A stretch of DNA of 64,000 nt from Glaucostegus cemiculus (lineage: Eukaryota), in contig CDPCPM010000125.1 in NCBI GenBank assembly GCA_976551045.1, positions 1,612,001-1,676,000 on the forward strand. Direction: 5' to 3'. Each line of letters starts with the position of its first letter. The first letter of the stretch is position 1. The position numbers and the translations under genes were made by a program. The notes under the pieces are model-generated. The model did not search any database, had not been told where the DNA came from, and was given only the letters and a program-made list of their open reading frames with translations. Shown piece by piece: positions 42,209 through 55,329 of this stretch.

Positions 42209-42232
42209 ATAAACTAAATGTAAAAGATAAAT
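42209..42232 (+). CDS. Micro-exon, 24 nt: DKLNVKDK
   Basis: gttttattttaactacag|ATAAACTAAATGTAAAAGATAAAT|gtgagt. Confidence 0.7.
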
Positions 42233-44046
42233 GTGAGTTCAGCAAATCAAAACTACTATTAATCTAAAGATACAAACAAACTGCATATTTTGTCGAAAAT
42301 GTCAATGAAATAAGGGAATTTTGTTCATATGTTAGTTAAATTTGGAAGTTTGGTTGATGCTCAGTCGGGATAGCATAAAGAAGAAAAAGATAACGGTTCG
42401 AAGTTGTAAATCTCTGTCGACGTATTGCGTCCTTGTTGCGAAAATATAGAACATCATCTTAATAATGTGAGATATTTTCTTGTAGGGTGGAGGGCGGGAG
42501 ATGACGGATAGAAAGAAGTTGCAATCCAAATGGGGGAAAGTATCAAAGCAATCAAATGGTGAAGACTTAAACTTAGAAAGTTAAAACATATGACGCTTAG
42601 GGAAAGTAACTAGATTAATTTCGTGTAATTCGCAATGGAATATAGGTGTAATAACACCGATTATTGCCTTGGGAGAAAGATGGTTCAAGATAGCTTTAGA
42701 CTTGCAGCCATTAGGCTTACTTGTGGAGATGTACTGGTCGAGATCGTTAATTTTGACAGTTGGCATGTTGATGTCGTGCTGGAACGATGGGGTCGCTCAG
42801 CTGTATGAAATGCGAGTGAAGTAATCGCACGGTGTCTGGGAACTAATGTTGGTGAGCGGCACAGAAAGTTTCATTCCGATGTCAATGTCGTGAAAAGGAA
42901 AATAAAGCAACGGAGGAGGTCTTCTTAAATAACGATTTGTACGGGTAACATTTTTACACGCACAAATTATAAATTGAGTAACAGGTTCCGAAGTCCAAGT
43001 TATGTCTGGAAATCTGCACTATTAATAAACATGACGGAATCATAGTCCCCTATTCTCAACAATCCTTTCAGTTTCTGTCTCTGCTGTTTTATTGCATTGA
43101 TTTTCAAAATAAAACCATGGGAAGTCTGCCAATGTATTGGAAAACATCCTGAAGAAACTTATGGAATGATACCTATGCTGATTGAATTCAGTCACATTGC
43201 AAAATTATAGAACAGAAGGGATTACAAAGCTGGCTCCAGGAAGGTGACAAAAGTATTGGATCATTCATGAAGCACATGCATGCAAACATTTTTAGATAAT
43301 CATAGACTTATCAGGACAGTTCTCAAATAAACCATTGAGAACTTGAACAGATTATTTTAAAAACGGGTTATATCGATCTGCAGTTGTCACGGGGTTTATT
43401 GATATACATTCAAGAGCAAATTTCTGAAGAGAAATAAGTATTAGGATAAGGAAATATTCACGTCAATGAAGACAGAGAGTGAAAGTCAGATTATAATGGA
43501 TATCCCATTGAAAGGTGCAAAGCAGACAGAATAGCCAAGAGCCGAAATTGGAACACAGAAGTCCTGGAGTACGGTAGTGAGGAAAGTTACAGCAATAAAA
43601 TGGGGAAGGGACATTCATACATCGAAGTAAGTGGCAACGGATATCGATGGGGTCCAGGACAGGTGTGTAATTGTATGTTGCTTATCCTGCATAGTTCTCT
43701 TTATGAGAGGAATATTCGATGTGGCACCCAAATGAATTTAAAGATAATGTTATCCCTTTGCTCCAACTTCTCACTACCATTTATTACCCTTGGAATCAGT
43801 TGTTGATTAATAGCCACACCTCTCATGGCAGCCATGCCTACACAACAAAACCGTGTAGCCTCAGAAGCAATCCGATTATACTTCTTTGCAGACATATTAT
43901 ATACTGATGTAATTGTTTTATTTTAACATTATACACCGACCTTCTCCAAAACTTGTGTATTCCATTACTTCTAAAAACGTAATAACAACATAAGACTTAA
44001 ATATGAATGCCCTTTTCTGTCTCATTTCTTTTCTTTTGTTTCAAAG

Positions 44047-44073
44047 GGCAAGAATGGCAGACACAAAATGAAA
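44047..44073 (+). CDS. Micro-exon, 27 nt: WQEWQTQNE
   Basis: ttcttttgtttcaaag|GGCAAGAATGGCAGACACAAAATGAAA|gtaagg. Confidence 0.72.
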
Positions 44074-46099
44074 GTAAGGCATTCCATCTGGCTGCGTAAT
44101 ATAAAAGAGTTTGGAATATGAGTCTAACGTGTATTGAATGAAATAAACAAGTAGCTCCAGTAGGCAAACTCAAATTACGAGAGGAGATAACAAGGCAACA
44201 GCGAATTGTAGTCCATTTTGTGTACCTTTGCTGTGCGAACTTCCTTCTGTCAGAAACGTTGTGTCGAAAGAGTGCCCAAACAGTAGCTTTCATCCAGAGA
44301 TGGATGACATCCTAAAATATTAAATTACGTGTCATCCACTCCGTAAAACAAGCAGCTAATACGAAGGTCACTCAAAAATAGAGGATACATATTCTCGTTA
44401 ACAAAAATAAAATACTGAGATAAAATAAATAAGCTCATCTGGATGAACACTGCACTATTAGGTACTGGAAAGTCTCCCTGCCCTACAACGAAGGCTGTAG
44501 AAAAAACAGAGGGTGTGAAACAAAGAAATATCTGGCGGATTCATTCAGTACTCATTTAATGCCGACCGGAAGATAAGCTACATAATTTCTCGAGATATAT
44601 TCGCAACATGTTAAGAGAAATGTAAAAAACAGCAAACTACATAACAACCAAATTTATCGAAAATCATTATGTGGGACGAGAAAAGCTTTCATTTCTTAAA
44701 TCCGAGAAATAGAAAGGGAAATCAACAGAGATGACTCCAAGTCAAATCATTCCTAGTTAAGTAGATTGAACTTTTTGGTTTATTTATTAAGAAAGATAAT
44801 CAGAATGAACCGATGGAAGTTGTATGCTTGCAATCAGCAGCTTATTTCCAAAAACAAATCAGAAACTAATGCTCCGATAATAAGAAGTCAGGGAATTACA
44901 CAACAATAAGATGGCGGGTGTCCATTGATGTTTGGTAATTGAGTCGTAAGATTACAGTGGTGATCTCCGAGAGACAACCGCGTTTATTGCTCTCCCATGC
45001 GATATCTTGCAGAATTCCTGCATGTAATCCTGCTGAACCTGCTCCTGTAGTCTCCAATATTTCAGATGCCAGTCTTCGGTAAATTAATTAAAGATGCATT
45101 GCCTTGGAGAAAGACGAGGGAGACCACCGTATGCGAGCCACAGTGCTAAAGGAGAGTGAATTAAATATCCTAATGGGACGAGAAATGTTATATGAGGGGG
45201 AACTTGGATGCGAGCCAAGTAGCAATACAGACACATTTGTCTTTATGGTTTTCCTTTTTATTTTGGATTCTACCTACCCATGTTAGGTCAGCAAAACCTC
45301 ATACATAGTACTATCGATGTCACTGGCGTCCGTGTGAGACATGAAAAGTGGACCGTTCTACTCCCAATCTGTTTCACTCCATGGCCACAGTGATGTCCTT
45401 AACTGTGACGCTTTCGGCACTCACACTCGCAGCTATGGAGAATAAAATGTATCCGCCTATCTGCAGTTCTACCACCAGAACTAAATTTACTTCGGCATCT
45501 TCAATGTCTCCCTGTACTGTTGTGCTGTGGTTGCCTTTCTTCGTCCTTCATCGTCCAGTATCAGGGCTGAATTTCTTCCACTGCAATTCTCTGGATCTCC
45601 ACTCCTGCTTTTTTCTTGACCATACATTTGCGCGCTTCTCCATTGACCACAGCTACAGAGTTTAACCTCGGGAATGCGACATCTTGCTGGAATGACTGAC
45701 CGAAGTATGGAATTCCATCCTGAAGAAACGCAGTGCCGATCACTTAAACTCCAAATAACTAATTCTGAATCAAAATCAGACACTTGATACATGAAGAGAT
45801 GCTACGAATGGAAAACCCTCCAGCTGAGCTACGCAGGAAAATCATTGTGTAAAACAGAAGTTTAAAAACTGCATCATGAACCAATCTTCCAGTAATATCA
45901 CACCCTTAACGCATTCATCGGTCTCTTAATTTGAATTGTTGTTGATACTTCTGTTAATTTTATTGTTATATGGCAACGGACCATCTTATTTCCACACGTC
46001 TCCGACTCCCGCATCTCCATCCCACAATTCACCAAAGTTCACCACCTGCACACTAATGTAAATATGCCCTGCGAGTCATTTCTAATTAGATATATTCGT

Positions 46100-46800
46100 T
46101 AATTGGGAGGTGGGATTAGTGCCAATAAATCGAATAACTATTGCCAATCCTTGATTGCCTTTGAGAACGTGACAGTGAGCAGCCTATCTGAACCACTGCA
46201 ATCTTTCTGGTGTAGCTACTGCCGCTATTACATTAGGTCGGAGGTGTCAGGATTATGGACCAGGGACGATGAAAGACTGATCATATATTTCCAAGTTAGG
46301 ATGCTGCACAACTTGAAGGTGAATCACCAAGTTGTAGTGTTCCATGCACTTACTACTTATGTACATCTTGACAGTGGAGGTCGTCAAATTGTGAGCAGCA
46401 GTAGGAGTAGCTTGGGCGAGTAATTGCAGTGCGTATTATAAATGATACACACTCCAGCTACAATGTGCTGTAGAAGAAGGTAAGGAATGTTTATGATAGT
46501 TTCAGTGGTGGCGATCAAGTGGCTTACTTTATCTTGTATTATTGTCGAGATGCTTGAGAATTCTTTGCGCTGCTCTCATCCAAGCAAATGTAGAGTAATG
46601 CATCACATTCTTGACTCATGCCTTGTAGATAGGGGAAGGCCTTTCGATGTCAGGAGCTGAGTTGGTCGCCAAAGGCTATTCTGCCTATAACCTACCACTC
46701 TAGTCATGCTACTTGTGTGACAGACCTCGTTCAATTTTTGGTCAATTATTGCACGCAGGAAGTTAATGATGCAGGACTCAGCTATGGTATTTCCAATGAA
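46100..46800 (-). mobile_element. Old CR1/L2-group LINE 3' fragment
   Basis: cttgactcatgccttgtagataggggaaggcctt is the reverse complement of the motif at about 41595-41620 (aaacctttctgccatctataagatacaag). Confidence 0.55.
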
Positions 46801-47144
46801 TGACATTTTTGCGTCATGGACGTCAGGGTGACAGAGTGGCGCAGTAGATATCTTGCTGCCGCCCAGCTCCAGAGACCTGATTCAATCGTGACCTCGAGTT
46901 CTGCCTTTGTGAAATTTACATGTTATTTTATGACTGCCTTGGTTTCAACCACGCGCAACAGTTTGCCCCGCATGCCAAGTATGTTCTGGGTCATCAGTTA
47001 GCAACCACCAGTTGCCTTTGTGTGACGTGACAGAAGTCAAATTGCTTTTGTCGAGGAATTATTGTATGTTAAACCCTGTGCGAGAACCAGAGGCAATCTG
47101 ATTTGTATTGACGTTGTTTATTGATTTATTTCTTCTCGATACAG

Positions 47145-47180
47145 AGATAGAGAGCCTGAAAAATGATCTACTTACAACAG
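47145..47180 (+). CDS. Micro-exon, 36 nt: KIESLKNDLLTT
   Basis: atttcttctcgatacag|AGATAGAG...TACAACAG|gttagg; close paralog of 52362-52397. Confidence 0.85.
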
Positions 47181-48334
47181 GTTAGGAACAAATCCATACC
47201 CAGTTTCCTTCATATCCGACTCTTTCCCTGCTTCAGATAAATTACGATGTTAATCCTTATCCGTTTCATTTCCTCTCTAAACCAACACAGTAGATCTACG
47301 TGCGGCCACAATGGACCTTCAGTGAATTTCCACCCATCGAAATTTCTGCTGACCATGTATTAAATCGTTCCATGCCCCTTAAACCAGGATGGGAAAATGC
47401 AATAAAGGTTTTGACTGCTTGTTTCGAATCCAATTTTGCTAGAGGTTTTGCGCCAGAAAAAACAACAATGGAAACTAACGTGTTGTTTGCAAAAGGGGGA
47501 AAGATATTCCAAATATTTACAGATCACTCAGCCAAGAATTAATGTTGGGCAACTTACTACAGGGAAAGCAAGAAACAATATAAAACAGAATTTTAAAATC
47601 CCCGGGTTTTCAAGGACCGTGAGAGTACAGGGAAGGTAGCTGAATAATGTACTTAATTTCGTTGAGGAGATACTGGTGATTCTGCTTGGGCTAATGCATT
47701 TGATACAGTATTCTTAGATTTTAGCAAAGTGCCTGATGAAATTCCACGGGTGCAGACAGAGTAAGATAAAATCCCATAGGGTGCAGCAGGAAAATAACAA
47801 TACGATGAAGTACAGCTCAAAAGAATGTAGCAACGGGAGTCTTTTTGGTCGGATGGCTGCCTGTAGCATCGTGACGTGCGGGTTCATAATTATCTTATTT
47901 TTCATTAAAGTCGATGAATTATTTGGAATTAAATATAACGGCAGTGATTTTTAAATCCTTTGATCATAACCACGGTTTTAATTGTTGCTGTTGATAGTGA
48001 GTAAGTGATTCCTAGAGTACAGACAATTATCGCTGGTTGATTGTGGTGGGGATAAGAATCATGGCAAATATTGAAAAGAAACCTCGGGCAGAAAGATTAT
48101 ACTAATATGACGAAGTTCCAGTAATCACGGGTGCATCCTTAGAACCTTGAAGGTAGCAAACCAATTGATTAAGAAGCACAATCGACGGTTGCCGTTAACA
48201 TACAGAGCATATCATCCCAGAAGTTCATGAAATCGTTATTAGACCACAGTTAAAGTTCTGGTCAGTATACTACAAGAAGGAAGCAATACCATTCGACGTA
48301 GAGAGAGGGGATTATTGCCAATACTGGACAATTA

Positions 48335-49130
48335 AGGTCTCCCAAAAAGTACATGTGTATTATGGGGAATAGTACAGGTCGGGATTGAGGGTAACGCCTG
48401 AACCCAACACTTGCGTGGATTCTGGAGTGGCTACTGAGGCGAGTGTTGGACTAGCAATACCTGCCACAGGTGGTGTTGATAGTGCTGGATGGGGTGATTG
48501 GGTGTGTACCATAAGTGACGATGAACTCAGCCATTTCTTTGCAGGGCTTCTGCACACTCCCGGTAAAGTTTGCGGTACCATCCGGGTTGAGCCTTTGCCA
48601 TTTATGTCAGCCATGGGCCATTAAGACTTGTACAATATTTTTCGTGGAGACGCGGATCACGTCTTTGAGGCATACCTCCGGTCCTTCTGGTAATCATTTG
48701 TTTTATGGACCTTGGGGTAGAGTTGCCTTCTTCAACAGTCTGGTATCTGTATTAAAAACAACATGGCCTAACCATCGGGGTAGGCTTATTGCATTAGATC
48801 CTCCATACTAGGCATGCTTACTTATCTTGAAAGTAGGTTTGGAGGGTTTTGCGAACACAGCGTTGATATCTGTACCGCATGTCGAAATCCCTGCTACAGA
48901 AACTGCAGGCTTCTGATACGAAGAAGAAGGCAGAGACAGCAGCTGTCTTTAGACCAAAAACTTTGTGCCAGATTGAACACACTTTCTCTCTCGAATGGAG
49001 TCATAGAGTAGTGGATCGCGCTTCTGCGTGACTTGTACGGCTCGCAAACCCGTCTTTATGTCACTGCAGGAAATCCACCACTTTGCTTATCTCTGCTCAC
49101 ATCAGCTTCGGTGAATTAATGTATTCGTGA
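48335..49130 (-). mobile_element. RTE-clade LINE 3' fragment
   Basis: Minus strand reads like an RTE C-terminus (RWLGHVV-type motif; terminal TCGRYC*SNTRLSSHSRIH). Confidence 0.7.
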
Positions 49131-49359
49131 GCACACCTATGAAGCGGTTTGAGACGTTTGATTACGTTAATTGTACTAAAGGATCACCACAGTGATAAAA
49201 GTAAGGAACGAAATAGCAGATGATACAAACCTAGAAATGGATGAATATTCGGGTGGCTATACGAACTACAGCTTTTCTAAAGATCGGGAAGTGTTGTCAC
49301 CTAGAGGGCAATGCAATTTAACGCGTGGAAACTAATTTGATGTTTGCTCTGACACACAG

Positions 49360-49386
49360 GAGAAGTGTTGCGCCAGCAGGAGAGAG
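49360..49386 (+). CDS. Micro-exon, 27 nt: GEVLRQQER
   Basis: tttgctctgacacacag|GAGAAGTGTTGCGCCAGCAGGAGAGAG|gtaact. Confidence 0.78.
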
Positions 49387-50174
49387 GTAACTGCAGGGTA
49401 TTATTGTCAATGGCGTAGTAATCATGGATCATGTTTTTATAATATTATTATGTGGGCAGGGGTTATGCTGGTAAATGGTGGTCATTCGCAGGAAACAACT
49501 GAACTGGAAGTAAGCCCTCGACGTTGAAGCATGCATAGTCAAACCGGGAGGTCCCAATATTGCAGCTGTGTTTCCATGGAGCCCACGGCGGATTACAAAC
49601 ATTGTTCAACATGCATGATGTGAAATCCAGTCATTGATATTGTGACGCCGGAAACCCCGCTACGTCGGTGGTCCAATAGAGTTCAAAAGTCATTTTAGGG
49701 TTGCAGAGAAGTCAAGCTTTTTATTATGAGTTTTGATTGGTTTCATACAATGACAAAAAAATTTCGTATAGGAGAATATAAATTTCCATCAATCAGAATT
49801 ATTTCAGGTTCATTTCATATTTTAAAACACTTACAAACATTCTAATATTATTCCTGCGCTCTTCATTTTAAAAAGCAAATCAGTTATTTCAGCTATTTAC
49901 TTATTTTCCATCACCTTTTTAAAACTTTGCTGCACGTCAGGCAGACTTTACGGCATTTACCGTTGTCTATGGGGTGTGATTTTCCATGTGGAATCCGCGC
50001 CACTGCTCAACCTACGCTGCTGTTTGCTGAGCCGGCCAGGTTCAACAAAGTATTCTGTCCACGGCTGAGTCAGGACAGTTTGGATGTGAGGGCAACATTG
50101 CGGCTGAATCCAGAGATTTAAGCATTGACTGCAGTTTCAGATAATTTCCGTATCTACTCCACAAAATACGCCCA

Positions 50175-50310
50175 GTGGAGACAACAGAGGCTGCAGATGC
50201 TGAAATCTGGAACAAAAATATGAACTGCGAGAGAAACTCGGCAGGTCACGCAGCATCTGTGGAGGCAAAGAGATGGTCGATATTTCGGGTCAAGACCCTG
50301 CATCAGGGCA
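50175..50310 (-). mobile_element. Penelope-like pseudo-LTR fragment with degenerate minimal hammerhead core
   Basis: Reverse complement cctgatgcagggtcttgacccgaaatatcgac...gatgctgcgtgacctgccgagtttc. Confidence 0.6.
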
Positions 50311-51308
50311 CTGCATCTATACTTCCAGTCACTTTTTCAACAGAGAACAATTTATACCTCGTCATCAGTTTCGATACATTCTATTGACATGTATGGGTTA
50401 TAAAAACTGTGATTAAACCTTGTGATAGAACGTAGATATCGACCTGAGTTCCACAACGGTAACATTGTCCCACGCAGATTTTCTCCAGCTGTTATTTAAT
50501 AATTTGATGAGGCGCATATATTGTTTGGAGATTAATGTTATTTTAGCTATTTTTTTCTCAACCAAGCCTATTACTTTCTTCATCAATCTTTTTTAATGTG
50601 CGATGCACTGTCCATTGCGGAGTTTCCTTCTTGAAAGTCCATGCAGGTGTTCTGTATCGATTTATTAGGTAAAGAGCAACACAAGAGGTTATTGAACGAA
50701 ATACATAGCACTTGAGATTGAAGGCAATATGTTGCCAATGCATTGAAGATAAGTTAAAACACTGAAAAATGCAATGAATGAATTACATTTGGGATAGAAG
50801 AATGTCACTACTGAACTGCCGCCTTGGGACCACAGTCGTTTGGAACGGTGTGGCGTAGAGGAATGGGCATTTCTTCAACTGTATTTCTCTGAGGTAATTC
50901 AAAAGCACAATATTGTCGATATTTGAAATCAGAATTATGAACAAAAATAGCAGGATTACTCAACAGGTAAAGCTGCATCTGTATTGAGAGAAATAGAATT
51001 AAAATATCTGATCGATAAGCTTTCATCAATTTTGAAAGGCTTTCGATCTGAAATGTTAATTCTGTTCCTCACCACACGGCCATTGTCTTGCCTATTGAGT
51101 GTAGTCATCCTGATTAGGTTACCCTGCCCTGGACCCTTTTAGCTCCGTCAGCACGTTAGAGAAAATCCTTGCTTGAAAGCCCAGCAGGATTTCTGTGACT
51201 TTCTGGTAACGTTAGTGCAAAGCTCTTAAACATCTTTTAACTCTTGCAATTTGTATTCCTGCGAATTCACATAAGACTCAAATGGGGAAGAACATGAGGG
51301 ATTTCTGG

Positions 51309-52130
51309 TGTTACGAAACCAGCAACAAAAGAAGCACACCAATTCATACTTCAGTGTTAAAACTACTTTATTAATAACTACATCCGATAATACGTAAAAT
51401 AAGAATAAAAAGTTAGTATATTAGTACACAGTAAAATGTTAGAATCTTAAACTATAACCCCAAAACTACTCGTCGTGTGTGTGCGGCAAGTTCCTAAACT
51501 CCAAGTCCAGGAATTAGTTCTTAAAGTTCAGTTCAATAAGCCGTAAGATGACACGAATAAAGGCTTCTTCACAAGCACTGTCCATCGAAGACAAAACATA
51601 GATATAGAGAGAGATTAGAGAGGAATCACGAAATCCGAATGTTCCACTCGAAACTCAAACGACACTTCAGGGCTTACTCGGTAGTGACTTTCTCACCCTG
51701 AAAACTCCTTGATCGTGACTGTCCATGCAAATACCTGTGTTCTTCTACAGGTTACCGACAAAGTGAATTCGTCACTTTGTTCCACAGTATCTGCCACTCT
51801 GAAGAGCATCCAAAATGTGGTTATCCACGCAAACACCTGTGTCCTACAGGTTTCCGACAAAGTGAACTCCACTGGACTACTCCAGAAATCCATCCACGGA
51901 TTTTAGTGACAAACACAGTTACTGTCCTTCATCCATCGACAGAAACAAAACAGGCTGCTATCTCTCCTTCTTCTCTCTTTCCATCTGTCTGTCTCGCTCT
52001 CTCTTATCTTTTTCTTTCTTGTAATGACCTCATCACGTTAGTCTTATCTTCTGTTGACGTAATACGTTGCACACACACACAATGCCCCATCTTAAAGGGA
52101 TATTTGCCTATAGTAAGCTACTTCGTAACA
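51309..52130 (-). mobile_element. Solo LTR (Gypsy/ERV-like), 822 bp, 4-bp TSD CTGG
   Basis: ctgg|TGTTACGAA...TTCGTAACA|ctgg; 9-bp terminal inverted repeat; minus-strand AATAAA at 51367-51372; internal direct repeat. Confidence 0.88.
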
Positions 52131-52361
52131 CTGGGCGCTACCGTATAAACTCAGCGAATTGAGCCCATTTAAGATTCAGAAATTTGTGACAAAACTTCAA
52201 AAAATCTTAATTGCGCATCATGTTAAAGAAGAACACGTTACAATTGAAGACAGGTGAGAAAACGGGGAGAAGAACCAGAAACCATTCAACGAAATTTTAC
52301 CCGCAGTTCTTATTTCAGGTACTATTTATTTGCTCTGCTCACCACACTGATCTCTCTGCAG

Positions 52362-52397
52362 AGATAGCGAGGTTGAAGAATGATCTTCAAGCGGCAG
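52362..52397 (+). CDS. Micro-exon, 36 nt: EIARLKNDLQAA
   Basis: ctgatctctctgcag|AGATAGCG...GCGGCAG|gtgagc. Confidence 0.85.
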
Positions 52398-55060
52398 GTG
52401 AGCGATAAACTAGAAATGTACTTTTATTTGTCCGCTTTAAATTATTAAATTATTACTTTGCTGTTGTTAGGGATCAAATTTAAATGCTCACAACCTATTT
52501 TGTCTCCGGCATTTAAGGCATCAATGAATACCTTCTACCTCTCTCTTGTTTCTGACAATTCTTTGAAAAATTCCACAATTGTAACACAACTGTTTCAGTC
52601 CAGCTTCAGCAGGATATTACCATGTTATTTTCTGGCAGGTCCTTGCACAAGCACTGCCGCCTTGTGCAAGGAGCTGCCAGAAATCAGCTTCTGTCTGGGG
52701 GGAAAGCCCCCGACCAATTCCTCAATTCTTCCACGTCATGGCATTGCCCATATATTTGTGTTGCAATGTTTCGGTAGGTCTCAGTTTCCCATCTTTCTGT
52801 GTCAGTAGCCGTGGATGTTTTTTTCTGATGTAATGTTTGAAACGACGATAGTTTTGAAATGTTACTTTACGTCTTTCGAAGCTATACTAGAATTGCAACC
52901 CTGATAATTTTGCTTGCTTTTACTGTTGAGTTTTGATGATTTACAGACCGTATTTAAAATCCTCAAGATGTTCTTCGTTCTGGATTTTATTTATTCTGTT
53001 CCCTGATAAGAAGGAGGATGAAGGTTCGTCGGGGATAGATAGGAATGCAGATTTGAACAGCCATGATCCTGTTGATGATAGTGCAAGATCGAGGGAGAGA
53101 TTTCTCTCTATCTCTAAAGACAGAACAAAAGTTTGAGGTTAATTGCTTTGCCGCTTTTTTTGTTTCCAATAATACATTCTCCTCCTTGTGACTGAAAGGA
53201 AACTCCGCAATATTATTACTAATATGGTATGGCAACTCAATTTATGGACTAAAGTCTCTCGTGACTCTAATTGTACATTCATTGCATGTGTACCTATTTC
53301 CCTGTTTAATTCCAAACCCTCTTGAGCTAGAGCTGTTTGGGGGTCATAGGCAACTCCACCAGCTTCAGCTGCCCATTGCTGTTTCTAATCTCCTATCGCA
53401 CAGATTTCCACGTCACGGTCTGTGCATAAACCAGGAGAGTTTGTGGTTGAGAACAACAAACAATTCGAAAGAAAAATGATCTGTTGACTTCAATTGAAAG
53501 ATGATTTGTACACAGACAAAAGCCTGCTCATTGATATTGTATAGCACCCTGGCGATGTTGTATCTGAAATTGTTTACAGATCTGGTTCTCCCTGCGTAAA
53601 GGTTATGCTTGCTATAAAGGGATAAAAACAAAGGTTCACAAGATTTATTCCTGGACTGGGTGGATTGACTTTGAAGAATGATTACGTCAACACTGCATAT
53701 ACTTCCCTTCAACTCTGGAGTTTGATATTTCTCAAATTGGCCTTCGGATGGAAAGTGTAACATTGATGTAAGCCAAGTAGCTGGTTGGTGAGCGATGCCG
53801 GATGGAAGCTTACAAAGAGAGAAGGGGTGGACTCAAAGACCACGGACAAATCGGATGCGATTTTGAAAATAGCAGAAAGACACTGACCTGGTCACAGTTT
53901 TGTTGCGAGTTGCCATAGCCTCCGTGGGACGTCACAAGAAAAAACATTGGTGATTGGTGGGTGTTCTTTTTCAGTCTCCTCTGATTGAAGAGATTTAAGT
54001 TGCAGACTTTTGTTAAATCCAATCCAATTAATTAAGCAGAGAGAGATGACTGATCACGTAATATGCTGAGGCTTCAACCTGTGGGTACTGGTGGACCCCA
54101 CTGTGGATCACCGTGACAATATCTGCACATAGCGGCCCCAGGATTTTCGGCTCAGGATCGATGAGACAGAGTCCGGGATTCAGACACTGAACGCATCATG
54201 GAGGGTGAGAATTACTTCGATATTGTGCTACGTGAGAAAGAGATTAATTAATTTACATTTGATCAATGGTCAAAGAGGCATGTGGAAGCATCCAGAGGAC
54301 AGTTCTTGAGGGGCTCAGCTCTTCTCCTTGTCAAAGAGATCCGAGGTTCTTGCTCCTTGTTTGAACATGGGTGGATGTGAGACTGACAATAACGTTATGA
54401 CAAAGCGAACCATTCGACTGTAGTAGAAAAAAATAAGGTAGTAAGAGGCAATATTACTGTTCAGGGAACTGATCCCTGTAGCAAAGATAGAGAAATCTCT
54501 GTTGACTCTCCATTGATGGGATTAGAAGTATTTCTTCTAGTCTAGAAAATAACGGAGAAAGAGAGCGTATATCTGAGGGAAAAAACATCACTTTTAAACA
54601 TATCGACCCTTACTTGAGATTTACCAAAAGGTGTCACATTGACGAAGTATTTAAATGACTCTCTTTAAATGGGCAGAGACATCTGTTCTTTGTTAGCTCT
54701 AAATGGTTACTCAAAAACCGAAATCCGCTCCCCGAGCCCTATCATAAACTGAATTTTCTTGAGCTCATTTCAACTCAATATTTCGTCTAAAGGCACATGA
54801 CGGAAAGCAATGACGTTTGAACTTCTGCTTAAAATGACAGTCCATTCCACCAGTTTGAGTCCTGATATGATATTGGCTGTATATTTCCCACTATCGCTCC
54901 TTTGATTCAACACGGGAAATGTTACGTGCAAAGGAGGCAGGTAACTATGTCCTACACATGAAGGTTTGGCATATGAAGAGACACCAAGTCACTCCCTCGC
55001 AGCATTTAATACAGATGATTTCCATACAATCAAAATAGCATAATTTTGCCTTCCTCCTAG

Positions 55061-55087
55061 AGCTCAAGCAGAAGAACAAAATGGACG
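55061..55087 (+). CDS. Micro-exon, 27 nt: ELKQKNKMD
   Basis: ttttgccttcctcctag|AGCTCAAGCAGAAGAACAAAATGGACG|gtaagt. Confidence 0.82.
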
Positions 55088-55329
55088 GTAAGTGGATGAA
55101 ATGATTCTGATGAAGATGAGTTATCATATAGTTCAGTCATGGAATACATGCACGCAATTGATATTTGCATGGTTTGCGCAGCTGATTTAGATGCACCTAA
55201 GCTAAAACAAGGGAATGTAAAAAGGCAAAAAAAAATCTATAATATTATTGCAATGTGTACGAAATGCAAAGCCAGTTATTACTAATACATGTTGTATCAA
55301 TATTGGCGAAATGTACAAGCAAGTCATAT

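Noticed and set aside
51700-51880. Direct repeats as a CRISPR-like array
   Set aside because: Only two imperfect copies, inside a solo LTR, in vertebrate DNA with no cas genes.
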